Shown here in pieces: positions 29,308 to 40,612 of a stretch of 64,000 nucleotides of DNA. The stretch is from Escherichia coli (GTDB lineage Bacteria > Pseudomonadota > Gammaproteobacteria > Enterobacterales > Enterobacteriaceae): assembly GCF_003334785.1 (NCBI RefSeq), contig NZ_QOWV01000006.1. One strand, 5' to 3'. Position numbers and translations under genes: made by a program. The first letter of the stretch is position 1. The number at the start of each line of letters is the position of its first letter. The notes under the pieces were generated by a model, which worked only from the letters and a program-made list of their open reading frames with translations, ran no database searches and was not told the DNA's origin.

Positions 29308-29411
29308 GTCGTTATACCTGACAATTCACATATCTGTCCTGTTGCTGGATTATTTATGTCCGGGGGGGCAGATATGCCAGATATCAGTATTCTGTACTGA
29401 AGGGAGAAATT

Positions 29412-30764
29412 ATGAGCCAGAAATTAAAAGTCGTCACTATTGGTGGCGGGAGCAGCTATACCCCGGAGTTACTGGAAGGATTTATTAAGCGTTATCACGA
29501 ATTGCCGGTCAGCGAATTATGGCTGGTGGATGTCGAAGGTGGTAAAGCGAAACTGGATATTATTTTCGATCTCTGCCAACGGATGATTGATAACGCTGGC
29601 GTCCCGATGAAGCTTTATAAAACGCTGGATCGCCGCGAAGCATTGAAAGATGCTGATTTCGTTACTACCCAACTGCGCGTTGGCCAATTACCGGCGCGTG
29701 AACTGGATGAACGTATTCCATTAAGTCATGGTTATCTTGGTCAGGAAACCAACGGCGCGGGCGGTTTGTTTAAAGGTCTGCGTACCATTCCGGTGATTTT
29801 TGACATCGTAAAAGATGTCGAAGAACTTTGTCCGAATGCATGGGTGATTAACTTCACTAACCCGGCGGGAATGGTCACTGAAGCCGTTTATCGTCATACC
29901 GGATTTAAACGCTTTATCGGCGTGTGTAATATTCCGATCGGCATGAAGATGTTTATTCGCGATGTTCTGATGCTGAAAGACAGCGATGATTTATCTATCG
30001 ATTTGTTCGGCCTCAACCATATGGTGTTCATTAAGGATGTGCTGGTAAATGGCAAGTCGCGCTTTGCCGAATTGCTTGATGGTGTGGCGTCAGGGCAGTT
30101 AAAAGCGTCCTCTGTAAAAAATATTTTCGATCTGCCATTTAGTGAGGGCTTAATTCGTTCGTTGAATCTGCTGCCATGTTCTTATCTGCTGTATTACTTC
30201 AAGCAGAAAGAGATGCTGGCTATTGAAATGGGCGAATACTACAAAGGCGGCGCACGAGCGCAGGTAGTACAGAAAGTCGAGAAACAACTTTTTGAGCTGT
30301 ATAAAAATCCTGAGCTGAAAGTTAAGCCGAAAGAACTGGAACAGCGCGGTGGGGCTTATTACTCTGATGCAGCATGCGAAGTGATCAACGCTATCTACAA
30401 CGACAAGCAAGCAGAACATTACGTTAATATCCCGCATCATGGGCAGATTGATAATATTCCGGCAGACTGGGCAGTAGAAATGACCTGTAAGCTGGGGCGC
30501 GATGGCGCGACGCCACATCCGCGCATTACGCATTTCGATGATAAAGTAATGGGGCTGATTCACACCATTAAAGGCTTCGAGATTGCTGCCAGTAACGCCG
30601 CACTTAGCGGAGAATTTAACGATGTGTTACTGGCGCTAAACCTTAGTCCGTTGGTGCATTCCGATCGCGATGCTGAGCTGCTGGCACGCGAGATGATTCT
30701 GGCGCACGAGAAATGGCTGCCAAACTTTGCCGACTGCATCGCAGAGCTTAAAAAAGCACATTAA
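29412..30764 (+). CDS. chbF: 6-phospho-beta-glucosidase (GH4, NAD/Mn dependent)
   Basis: 450-aa ORF recognised as ChbF. Confidence 0.95.
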   Translation: MSQKLKVVTIGGGSSYTPELLEGFIKRYHELPVSELWLVDVEGGKAKLDIIFDLCQRMIDNAGVPMKLYKTLDRREALKDADFVTTQLRVGQLPARELDERIPLSHGYLGQETNGAGGLFKGLRTIPVIFDIVKDVEELCPNAWVINFTNPAGMVTEAVYRHTGFKRFIGVCNIPIGMKMFIRDVLMLKDSDDLSIDLFGLNHMVFIKDVLVNGKSRFAELLDGVASGQLKASSVKNIFDLPFSEGLIRSLNLLPCSYLLYYFKQKEMLAIEMGEYYKGGARAQVVQKVEKQLFELYKNPELKVKPKELEQRGGAYYSDAACEVINAIYNDKQAEHYVNIPHHGQIDNIPADWAVEMTCKLGRDGATPHPRITHFDDKVMGLIHTIKGFEIAASNAALSGEFNDVLLALNLSPLVHSDRDAELLAREMILAHEKWLPNFADCIAELKKAH

Positions 30765-31526
<762 letters not shown>

Positions 31527-31540
31527 GTGAGGATGTTTGC

Positions 31541-31783
31541 CAGATGCGGCGTGAACCTTGCATCCGGCGATTAATTCCTACAAAGGCGGCGTAACTGCGC
31601 CGCTTGAGACTGCTGACAAACGCAAAACTGCCTGATGCGCTTCGCTTATCAGGCCTACGTGTTTCCTGCAATATATTGAATTTGCACAGTTTTGTAGGCC
31701 GGATAAGGCGTTCACGCCGCATCCGGCATAAACAAAGCGCACTATGTAAATCATTTGAGGCGGCGCAATTGCGCCGCCTCCCA
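31541..31783. repeat. REP/BIME cluster with several palindromic units between convergent chbG and katE
   Basis: multiple GCCGGATG / GCCTGATG type palindromes; core 31665..31727 paralogous to 24529..24581; perfect palindrome gaggcggcgcaattgcgccgcctc at 31757..31780. Confidence 0.7.
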
Positions 31784-34045
31784 TCAGGCAGGAATTTTGT
31801 CAATCTTAGGAATGCGTGACCACACGCGGTGTGCTGCCATCAGCGTTAGCAGTTCATCCATAAAACTACCGTCAGCGCTGTCAGCTTCCACAATCCCTTC
31901 TTCACCCTGGTCAGCGACCTTGATTGTTGCTTTAAACTTGCGCGCGTCACCCGCCAGCGCAATCGGTTTAAGGTGTTTGTAGGCTTCCATCAGGTAGTAG
32001 TTGGCATCGCCGTTGTCAGCGATATCCGCGATATTGCCGCAAGGGACAATGACCGCATCGACCGTCAGCGAAGGTGCACCGGCAAAGGTAGCGGCTATAG
32101 GCAACACCGTACCGTCATCCGCAGTCACTTCACCCATTCGGGAGTAGAGCAGTTTGGCATGAACGCCTTTGGCCTTCAGCGCCTTGAGAATGGCCAGAAG
32201 GTCTGCCGATCTCACTTCATCATTAAGTAAAATCGCTACCACGCGACCTTTCACATCACCGTCAGGAATGGCGTACAAACTTAAGGATGGATCCTTTTTC
32301 AGACCGTTGACGTCCGGAGGTGGGGTGATATTCAGCTGGTCGTCAGTCAGTTCGATACCGAGATTTTTCGCCACCGCCTGGGCCAGAGTGAGATCAATAT
32401 GCGCCAGCTGGTCAACAACGCGCTCACGAATATACGGACGAACGACTTTGCTTAACTCAAAACTGAAACCATCGACAATATGGCGCTGCTCAAATGGCGT
32501 CTGACTTAGCCAGAACAGACGCGGATGGGAATAATATTCGCCAAACGATGGGCTGCGCTCGCGAACTTTATTGCCTTCCACGCGCTCCTGGTATGATTCA
32601 AAACCGCCGCGTTTCGGCCCCGGCGGTGTTTCGCGCGGCCAGTTATCGTTAATCGAGTTCGGTTCGTAATTCGCCGGGTTAGTGTCGATCCCCATGCGAT
32701 GCATGCCGTCACGCTGGAAATTATGGTAAGGGCAGGTCGGACGGTTAATCGGAATCTCATGGAAATTCGGCCCACCAAGACGACTGATTTGTGTATCGGT
32801 ATAGGAGAACAAACGTCCCTGCAACAGCGGATCGTTGGTGAAGTCCAGTCCCGGCACGATATGCCCAGGATGGAAAGCCGCCTGTTCGTTTTCAGCAAAG
32901 AAGTTATCCGGGTTGCGATTGAGCACCATTTTGCCGACACGCTGAACGGGCACCAGTTCTTCCGGGATAAGTTTGGTTGGATCGAGAAGATCGAAGTCGA
33001 ACTTGAATTCATCTTCTTCAGGAATCAACTGGAAGCCCAGTTCGTATTCCGGAAAATCGCCTGCTTCAATGGCTTCCCACAACTCGCGGCGGTGGAAGTC
33101 CGGGTCACGTCCGGTGAGTTTTTGTGCTTCATCCCAAACGAGTGAGGCTTTACCTGCCAGTGGTTTCCAGTGGAAACGTACAAACGTTGCCTTCCCTTCG
33201 GCATTAATCAGGCGGAAGGTGTGAATACCGAAGCCTTCCATGGTGCGGTAACTGCGGGGGATGCCGCGATCCGACATCGCCCACATCACGTTGTGCAGAG
33301 TTTCAGGTTGCAGAGAAACATAATCCCAGAAAGTATCGTGGGCACTTTGCCCTTGTGGAATTGCCCAGTGCGGTTCTGGTTTTACCGCATGAACAAAATC
33401 GGGGAATTTATGCGCATCCTGGATAAAGAAGATTGGCGTGTTATTGCCAACGAGGTCAAAAATACCCTCTTCGGTATAGAACTTGGTGGCAAAGCCACGG
33501 ATATCACGCACGGTATCAGCAGAGCCAGCACCACCCTGAACGGTAGAGAAACGTACAAATACTGGGGTGATTTTGTTCGGATCTGAGAGGAAATCCGCTT
33601 TGGTAATATCGCTTAAGCTTTTATATGGCTGGAAATAACCGTGAGCGGCTGATCCGCGTGCATGAACAATACGTTCCGGAATGCGCTCATGGTCAAAGTG
33701 GGTGATTTTCTCGCGCAGAATAAAATCTTCCAGCAGCGTTGGACCACGGCTACCGGCACGCAGTGAGTTTTGATCGTCGGCGATGCGCACGCCCTGATTA
33801 GTGGTCAGCGCATAATTTTCACTGCCTTTGCGTACGTCTTCCAGAGAATTAAGTTTTTCGTTACGCGTATCAGGGGCTTTCAGGCTCCCTGGGGCGGTAG
33901 GTTGTGCACCTGGCGGTGTTGGTTCAGCCGCTGGACGATGAGAGCCGTCCTCAGGTGCCAGTGAGTCCATCCCCGGTTTCGCTTCGCTGGAATCGTGTAG
34001 TGGTGACTGGTGCTGATGTGGGTTCTTTTCGTTATGTTGCGACAT
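31784..34045 (-). CDS. katE: Catalase HPII (large-subunit monofunctional catalase)
   Basis: 753-aa ORF recognised as KatE. Confidence 0.97.
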   Translation of the reverse strand: MSQHNEKNPHQHQSPLHDSSEAKPGMDSLAPEDGSHRPAAEPTPPGAQPTAPGSLKAPDTRNEKLNSLEDVRKGSENYALTTNQGVRIADDQNSLRAGSRGPTLLEDFILREKITHFDHERIPERIVHARGSAAHGYFQPYKSLSDITKADFLSDPNKITPVFVRFSTVQGGAGSADTVRDIRGFATKFYTEEGIFDLVGNNTPIFFIQDAHKFPDFVHAVKPEPHWAIPQGQSAHDTFWDYVSLQPETLHNVMWAMSDRGIPRSYRTMEGFGIHTFRLINAEGKATFVRFHWKPLAGKASLVWDEAQKLTGRDPDFHRRELWEAIEAGDFPEYELGFQLIPEEDEFKFDFDLLDPTKLIPEELVPVQRVGKMVLNRNPDNFFAENEQAAFHPGHIVPGLDFTNDPLLQGRLFSYTDTQISRLGGPNFHEIPINRPTCPYHNFQRDGMHRMGIDTNPANYEPNSINDNWPRETPPGPKRGGFESYQERVEGNKVRERSPSFGEYYSHPRLFWLSQTPFEQRHIVDGFSFELSKVVRPYIRERVVDQLAHIDLTLAQAVAKNLGIELTDDQLNITPPPDVNGLKKDPSLSLYAIPDGDVKGRVVAILLNDEVRSADLLAILKALKAKGVHAKLLYSRMGEVTADDGTVLPIAATFAGAPSLTVDAVIVPCGNIADIADNGDANYYLMEAYKHLKPIALAGDARKFKATIKVADQGEEGIVEADSADGSFMDELLTLMAAHRVWSRIPKIDKIPA

Positions 34046-34248
34046 TGAACTCGTCTCCTTAATTTATTACTGAAAGGGCCGCTGTTTTGGTCAAAAAACT
34101 CTCTAACTATAGACCACCAGCCAGATCCCGCTTCGGAGACTATTCTGGAAACGGTGTTATGAAATACACGCAAAGCGGGACGTACAGGGGCTAAATCGGC
34201 TAAACTACAGTTTTTCTGATTTTTAATATGCGTTTAGTGAAGCCAGTA

Positions 34249-34491
34249 ATGAAGAAACCGCTCCGCCAGCAAAACCGCCAGATTATTAGCTATGTCCCAC
34301 GCACGGAACCCGCGCCGCCAGAACATGCGATAAAGATGGATTCGTTTCGTGATGTCTGGATGCTGCGTGGCAAATATGTTGCGTTTGTACTGATGGGAGA
34401 GTCATTTCTGCGCTCACCGGCGTTTACTGTGCCTGAATCTGCCCAACGTTGGGCAAATCAGATCCGCCAGGAAGGGGAAGTGACTGAGTAA
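34249..34491 (+). CDS. cedA: Cell division modulator CedA
   Basis: 80-aa product from ATG 34249 (MKKPLRQQNRQIISYV) within ORF 34228..34491. Confidence 0.85.
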   Translation: MKKPLRQQNRQIISYVPRTEPAPPEHAIKMDSFRDVWMLRGKYVAFVLMGESFLRSPAFTVPESAQRWANQIRQEGEVTE

Positions 34492-34779
34492 GGATTACAT
34501 ACCTCCCGGTTTTGCCGGGAGTTACATGACCTGAAATTCTGTATTTCGTTGCTACATTCATTCAAACCACCTGTAACAAAAAGCTGCCTTTGACGATCTA
34601 TTGCTATAAATAAGTGATCTTTTTTCTTTAATTGTTTATTTATTTTAAAATGGTTAAGTTTTGCTAATCATGATGAGCTATTTTTGATAGTTCATCCTGT
34701 GGCGTCGCTCTTAAACTTATATTGTAAATGACTTAGATTTAAATGAGATAATAATTTTGTTAACAATATGAGGCGGGAG

Positions 34780-35583
34780 ATGTTTTCTACAAACTTAATA
34801 CAGAGTAATTATGGTGATTTAAATATTAAAAGCCTGGCTTTCGACTCTTTTAAAGAAAGGCTGCAGTCTACTATGACAGCACTCACTTTCTTTATATCAA
34901 CGGGTCAATGTGACTGCGATGAAATAGCAGAATCAAACTTTAATTATATGATTGCCTATATGTCTAACATTAACTATGATGCCTCAAAGCCAGGAGCGCC
35001 AGCACTTAGTTTTGATACATATCTGCAGGACAATGTTAAATATAGAGTAATAATTAATAATCTTTATGGTAGTGAAATTCGGATAAGAGGTATAAATAAA
35101 GATTTTATTGGAATGGATGTCACTTCTGTATTTCGCCCAGAAAAAATGACCAATTTGATCAGTATAAAAAACAGGTTGGTTATTCACTATTTAAGGACTA
35201 TATACTATGAACAAAATTATATACATCCTGTCGGGAGCATTTTTGCTGCGATTCAAAAAAATGAGAGTCTCCTAAAGTTTCCTTCGATAATATCAATGCT
35301 TAATATCAATCTTCTTTTTAATCCACTAAATCTTCCGGGAATGGGAAGTGGTGTGCTTGAAGATATTATGAGTATTCCAGATAGTTCACTTAGAAAACGT
35401 CTCGGGTATGAGGTTTTAAGCTTCTCGCTACAGGCACATTCATTGAGCCAGGAATGTATTGATAAGTTGGACATTTTTTTCGCTGACGATCTGTTTAAAT
35501 ATGAGTCAGTATGCATCGCCGCGATGGAACATTTAAAAAGTAAGGCAACGGCCCCTATACAAAACGGACCGTTGCCAGCATAA
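34780..35583 (+). CDS. ydjO: Uncharacterised protein YdjO (AT-rich orphan)
   Basis: 267-aa product from ATG 34780 (MFSTNLIQ); very AT-rich with AT-rich 288-bp upstream region. Confidence 0.75.
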   Translation: MFSTNLIQSNYGDLNIKSLAFDSFKERLQSTMTALTFFISTGQCDCDEIAESNFNYMIAYMSNINYDASKPGAPALSFDTYLQDNVKYRVIINNLYGSEIRIRGINKDFIGMDVTSVFRPEKMTNLISIKNRLVIHYLRTIYYEQNYIHPVGSIFAAIQKNESLLKFPSIISMLNINLLFNPLNLPGMGSGVLEDIMSIPDSSLRKRLGYEVLSFSLQAHSLSQECIDKLDIFFADDLFKYESVCIAAMEHLKSKATAPIQNGPLPA

Positions 35584-35586
35584 GAA

Positions 35587-36978
35587 TTAATGGTGTGCCA
35601 GTTCGGCGTCGTCTTCGCTATCCAGAATGGCTTTATCGGTTTGCTTCAGCCACTGGCTGGTCAGCGTGCCAGCTGTCATCGAGCCACTAACGTTTAACGC
35701 CGTACGGCCCATGTCGATAAGCGGTTCAACGGAGATTAACAGCGCCACCAGGGTTACTGGCAGGCCCATCGCAGGCAGTACAATCAGTGCGGCGAAAGTT
35801 GCACCACCACCGACACCGGCAACGCCTGCGGAACTAACGGTAACAATACCGACCAGCGTCGCAATCCACATCGGGTCCAGCGGGTTAATGCCAACCGTAG
35901 GCGCAACCATCACCGCCAGCATTGCCGGATACAAACCGGCGCAGCCGTTCTGACCAATGGTTGCACCGAAAGAGGCGGCGAAACTGGCGATGGATTCAGG
36001 AACGCCCAGACGACGCGTTTGTGCTTCCACATTCAGTGGGATAGACGCAGCACTGGAACGGCTGGTAAAGGCAAACGTCAGCACAGGCCATACCTTACGG
36101 AAGTACTTCAGCGGACTCACGCCATTAATGCCCAGCAGAATGCCATGCACTGCAAACATAATCAGCAGACCGAGGTAGGACGCGACAACGAAACTTCCCA
36201 GTTTGATGATGTCTTGCAAGTTAGAACCTGCAACCACTTTGGTCATTAGAGCCAGAACGCCGTAAGGGGTCAACTGCATGACCAGGCGAACCAGTTTCAT
36301 CACCCAGCTTTGTAGGGTATCGATAGCGGCTAAGACGCGTTCACCTTTCGGCGCATCATCCTTCAGCAGTTTCAATGCAGCTACGCCGAGGAATGCGGCA
36401 AAAATTACCACGCTGATAATTGACGTCGGATTGGCTCCGGTAAGATCGGCAAACGGGTTTTTCGGGATAAAGGACAAGACCAGCTGCGGAACGCTCAGAT
36501 CAGAGACTTTACCAACATAGTTACTTTCAATGGCGTTCAGACGTGCAGTTTCTGCACCACCCTGAACCAGACCTTCAGCCGTCAAACCAAACAGGTTGGT
36601 GACCAGCACACCGACCAGCGCCGCAATCAGCGTGGTAAACAAAAGCGTACCGATGGTCAGAAAACTGATTTTGCCTAACTGAGATGCGTTATGCAGACGG
36701 GCAACCGCGCTCAGAATAGAGGCGAAGACTAACGGCATAACGATCATTTGCAGCAGTTGAACATAGCCGTTACCAACGATGTTAAACCACTGTACAGAAT
36801 CTTTAAGTACCTGGCTGTCAGAACCATAAATGGTATGCAGGGCAAGGCCAAAAACCACACCCATCACCAGACCCACCAGCACTTTTTTCGCCAGACTCCA
36901 CTGTTTATGGCGGGTCTGAGCCAGCGCAAACAGCAGTACAACGAACACCACGATGTTCGCAATTAATGGAAAGTTCAT
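35587..36978 (-). CDS. tcyP: L-cystine / dicarboxylate:cation symporter family transporter
   Basis: 463-aa polytopic ORF recognised as YdjN (TcyP). Confidence 0.93.
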
Positions 36979-37110
36979 CCCCGTTCTCCTGATCTTATTA
37001 TTTCTATCACTGCGTAGCAGTCATAGTGTTGGCGCAAGATTAACAGAACTGTGAGCTGGCTCTTATATTCAAATGGAATTGCTTATTCCAGAAAGGTGAT
37101 TTTTGCCTTT

Positions 37111-37701
37111 TTAGTATTCAACCTGATGCTTAATAAGCCGATGAAACTGGATCTGCAAGGTATTGATCATTTGCGATGACCAACGAACAGCGCTGTTCTC
37201 GGGTAATGAATGGGGCATCCATACCGACCAGACAAATAATGCCATGCAGATAAAACGTTCCAGTTGGTTGCCCTTTTGGGGAACCAGGATAGGCAAGCGG
37301 AAACGCCAGCGGCATGGCCAGAGCAGGGGAACACCGGCGGGTGTCAGCATATCGGCAAGTATGTGGCTCAAATAACCCAGCACCATTCCTTGTAGCGCAT
37401 CAGCCGGAATGAACCAGCCTTCCGGAACCTTAAGGTAAAAGGTTGCCAGCAGCGCAAATACCGCCAGCAGACTGTGGGTAAAACCACGATGCCCAAAAGC
37501 GCGGGCGATCGGTTTTGATATCCATTTTAATCGCTGCCCAAGAAACGACTTTGGGTGATCGATGTCCGGTAACAAACACGTCAGGATTGCGGAAGGGACA
37601 ATATGCCACCAGTCACCCTGTGCCAGCACGGGCGTCAGCTCGGCATTTTTGGCAAATACCGCACAAGCAATAGAAAAGAGAAGGTGACCTTCCGCCGTCA
37701 T
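37111..37701 (-). CDS. ydjM: LexA-regulated inner membrane protein (metal-dependent hydrolase-like)
   Basis: 196-aa product from ATG at 37701 (MTAEGHLLF) within ORF 37111..37713; LexA boxes immediately upstream. Confidence 0.85.
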   Translation of the reverse strand: MTAEGHLLFSIACAVFAKNAELTPVLAQGDWWHIVPSAILTCLLPDIDHPKSFLGQRLKWISKPIARAFGHRGFTHSLLAVFALLATFYLKVPEGWFIPADALQGMVLGYLSHILADMLTPAGVPLLWPCRWRFRLPILVPQKGNQLERFICMALFVWSVWMPHSLPENSAVRWSSQMINTLQIQFHRLIKHQVEY

Positions 37702-37715
37702 GATAAAACTCACTA

Positions 37716-37753
37716 AACTGTCGATACGTACAGTATAGGATTTTTATACAGTG
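37716..37753 (-). promoter_or_regulatory. Tandem LexA (SOS) boxes upstream of ydjM
   Basis: CTGTcgatacgtACAG at 37718..37733 is a perfect CTGT-N8-ACAG; adjacent second box (minus-strand cactgtataaaaatcctata, 37734..37753) has a degenerate distal half. Confidence 0.65.
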
Positions 37754-37863
37754 CACGGAAGTGGTGACGGTGTAACTCTTTCTCTTAAATTGACGATTAA
37801 TCCGTCAGTTGAATGCAATTTCAGATAAAGAACCAGGGGCAGCGAGATCACTGCCCCTGGTCA

Positions 37864-38532
37864 TTAACCGAGAAGGTCTTTTGCGGTGAGTTCTGTCAGC
37901 GATGAGAGTTTGACGTCTGCTAATACAAAACGTGGATCATTTTGCGCTTCTGGCGCAGGAACGACGATGGAACGCATGCGGGCTGCTTTAGAGGCGATCA
38001 TGCCATTTACCGAATCTTCCAGCGCTACGCAGGTCAGAGGGTCAACGCCCAGTTTTGCTGCGCAGTCGAGATATACTTGCGGATGCGGCTTGCTGTAAGG
38101 CAGTTTTTCGGCCGAGGCGAGGGCATCGAAACTGTCGCGTAAGTCAAACATGGTCAACACTTTTTCCAGCATATGTAGTGGTGACGCGGAGGCCAGTCCC
38201 ACCAATAAACCTTGTTCTTTGCATAACGCAACGGCTTCGCGCACGCCTGGTAATAATGGACGTGTCTCTTCAACCAGTGAAATGGCACGGGCAATAACCC
38301 GTTCTACTACTTCCTGACGGCTTGGCCCATTCCACGGTTGCCGGGCGTACCAAAGATCGACCACCATATCGATGCGTAAACCTAAGGTGTCCGGCAGCTC
38401 GTTACGACGGGAGATATCCACCCCCAGGCTTGCCATCACATCCAGTTCGGCTCGATCCCATAAAGGTTCTGAGTCGATAAGTAATCCATCCATATCAAAA
38501 ATTGCAGCAAGAATCTGACGCGGGGTTGACAT
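37864..38532 (-). CDS. yniC: HAD-family sugar phosphatase (2-deoxyglucose-6-phosphatase, hexitol phosphatase B)
   Basis: 222-aa ORF with HAD motif I (FDMDGLLIDSEP). Confidence 0.92.
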   Translation of the reverse strand: MSTPRQILAAIFDMDGLLIDSEPLWDRAELDVMASLGVDISRRNELPDTLGLRIDMVVDLWYARQPWNGPSRQEVVERVIARAISLVEETRPLLPGVREAVALCKEQGLLVGLASASPLHMLEKVLTMFDLRDSFDALASAEKLPYSKPHPQVYLDCAAKLGVDPLTCVALEDSVNGMIASKAARMRSIVVPAPEAQNDPRFVLADVKLSSLTELTAKDLLG

Positions 38533-38678
38533 TACAACCTCTCCTTTAGAGCATTATGTGTAAGGTATTAAGCCGTGCTTATGATTAAGCGCCTATCATA
38601 TCGCCTTTAAAGAATGGGCGAAAACAGATATCTACAGGTAAACTAAGTGAAACGACGCGTCTTAATCAAGGAGAACTC

Positions 38679-39215
38679 ATGACGTATCAACAAGCTGGAC
38701 GCATTGCTGTTTTGAAAAGGATTTTGGGTTGGGTGATTTTTATACCTGCATTGATCTCTACATTGATTTCTTTGCTGAAATTTATGAATACCCGGCAGGA
38801 AAACAAGGAAGGCATTAATGCGGTCATGCTCGACTTTACTCATGTCATGATCGATATGATGCAGGCGAATACGCCTTTTTTGAATTTATTCTGGTATAAC
38901 TCCCCGACGCCCAATTTTAATGGTGGCGTGAACGTTATGTTCTGGGTGATTTTCATCCTGATTTTTGTCGGACTGGCGTTGCAGGATTCCGGTGCCCGGA
39001 TGAGTCGCCAGGCGCGCTTCTTGCGGGAAGGTGTTGAAGATCAACTCATTCTGGAAAAAGCCAAAGGGGAAGAGGGGCTAACGCGTGAACAAATTGAGTC
39101 CCGTATTGTTGTTCCGCACCATACTATTTTCCTGCAGTTTTTCTCACTGTATATCCTGCCGGTTATTTGTATTGCTGCAGGTTATGTGTTCTTTTCTCTG
39201 CTTGGGTTTATTTAA
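38679..39215 (+). CDS. yniB: Uncharacterised inner membrane protein
   Basis: 178-aa ORF with predicted TM helices; position as in K-12. Confidence 0.85.
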   Translation: MTYQQAGRIAVLKRILGWVIFIPALISTLISLLKFMNTRQENKEGINAVMLDFTHVMIDMMQANTPFLNLFWYNSPTPNFNGGVNVMFWVIFILIFVGLALQDSGARMSRQARFLREGVEDQLILEKAKGEEGLTREQIESRIVVPHHTIFLQFFSLYILPVICIAAGYVFFSLLGFI

Positions 39216-39255
39216 TCAAAAGGCCGCACGGAGCGGCCATTATCCTCAACCCATA

Positions 39256-40116
39256 TCATGCTGCTAATAATCTATCCAATGACTGCTGAGCAATAACCAA
39301 ATGCTGACCGCCAAATAACCTTGCACGATTTAACAGCGTGTAGAGTTGGTAAACCGGTTGACGTTCAAGGAAATCGGCAGGTAGCGGGGATACTGACTGA
39401 TAGCCGTCATAGATTTGTGGCGGCTGTTCAGTATGCAGCGGTAACATCGCCAGGTCGCACTCTCGGTCACCCCAGTAGCAGGCCGGGTCGAAAATGTACG
39501 GGCCATCCGGACCCAGTGCACAGTTGCCGGACCATAAATCGCCGTGCAACAGAGAAGGCTGCGGTTGATGTGAGGCCAGACGCTGCTGAATATGCTCGAC
39601 GATGGCGTCGATATTGCCGAAAGCGATCCCTTTTTCTGCAGCCAGTTCCAACTGCCAGCCAATCCGTTGTTCAGCAAAAAACGTTGACCAGCGACGTTGC
39701 CAGGTGTTGGGCTGTGGAGTTGTGGAGAGCGCGTTATCGAAATCAAGGCCAAATTGTGGTTGGTCGCTCCATTGATGTAAACGCGCAATTTGCTGACCAA
39801 GAATAAATGCGCTATGCGCATCCAGCGGACGAGGTGGGAGATAATCCATCACCAGAAAACTGTAGTCACGGTCAGCGCCAACTGCCCAAACCTTAGGCAC
39901 GGTGACGGTTTTACTACGCGACAGTAACTCCAGTTGGTCGGCTTCGGCGGTAAAACCGGGAAGCAGTTCCCTTTCATCACATTTGACGAAAAAATCATGT
40001 CCTGCATAGCGCAAATGCCATGCGGCATGGACTTCTCCGCCAGGCAGTTCATTACGCAGTTCGATTTCGCCTTCACCTAACTGCTCGCTCAAAAGACGAC
40101 TGATTGCCTGCCACAT
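39256..40116 (-). CDS. yniA: Fructosamine kinase family protein
   Basis: 286-aa ORF recognised as YniA. Confidence 0.88.
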   Translation of the reverse strand: MWQAISRLLSEQLGEGEIELRNELPGGEVHAAWHLRYAGHDFFVKCDERELLPGFTAEADQLELLSRSKTVTVPKVWAVGADRDYSFLVMDYLPPRPLDAHSAFILGQQIARLHQWSDQPQFGLDFDNALSTTPQPNTWQRRWSTFFAEQRIGWQLELAAEKGIAFGNIDAIVEHIQQRLASHQPQPSLLHGDLWSGNCALGPDGPYIFDPACYWGDRECDLAMLPLHTEQPPQIYDGYQSVSPLPADFLERQPVYQLYTLLNRARLFGGQHLVIAQQSLDRLLAA

Positions 40117-40221
40117 GATGTCTCTCCCATGTTGTCTGCCAGATCATAAGGTTAGCGCAAGAATGCGGTGTAAAAACACGAGCTAACGCACACCACAGAC
40201 TGATTATTGCCCAAAAACCAT

Positions 40222-40512
40222 TTATTTTCTGTTGCTATTCCATTCCTCCCAGGTCGTGATGGTGATTTCAGGATCTTTGCCGGTTGCACTTTGGGTAAGC
40301 CCCGAAACCAGTTCTCTAATTTCTTCTTCACTTTGGGTACTGATAAGTCCAAAAGTGTTAGTTCCCAGCTCATGGATATTTCCCTCATCATCCGTCATAG
40401 TGAGCAAAAAACCGTCGCGAGTCAGGTAATTATTCAACTCGTTAATTTCAGTCAATGTATCCTCATGCAACATGACGGTTATGACATAACGGACAAGATC
40501 GCCACTGGCCAT
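40222..40512 (-). CDS. ydiZ: Uncharacterised protein YdiZ
   Basis: 96-aa ORF recognised as YdiZ. Confidence 0.8.
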   Translation of the reverse strand: MASGDLVRYVITVMLHEDTLTEINELNNYLTRDGFLLTMTDDEGNIHELGTNTFGLISTQSEEEIRELVSGLTQSATGKDPEITITTWEEWNSNRK

Positions 40513-40612
40513 AGTTCACCCCTTTGTTATCACATGACTTTTGAGCATAGTCGGAGAAACGCGTTGCCGACAGGTTGGTGATGATTCCCCCAATGCTGGG
40601 GGAATGTTTTTG

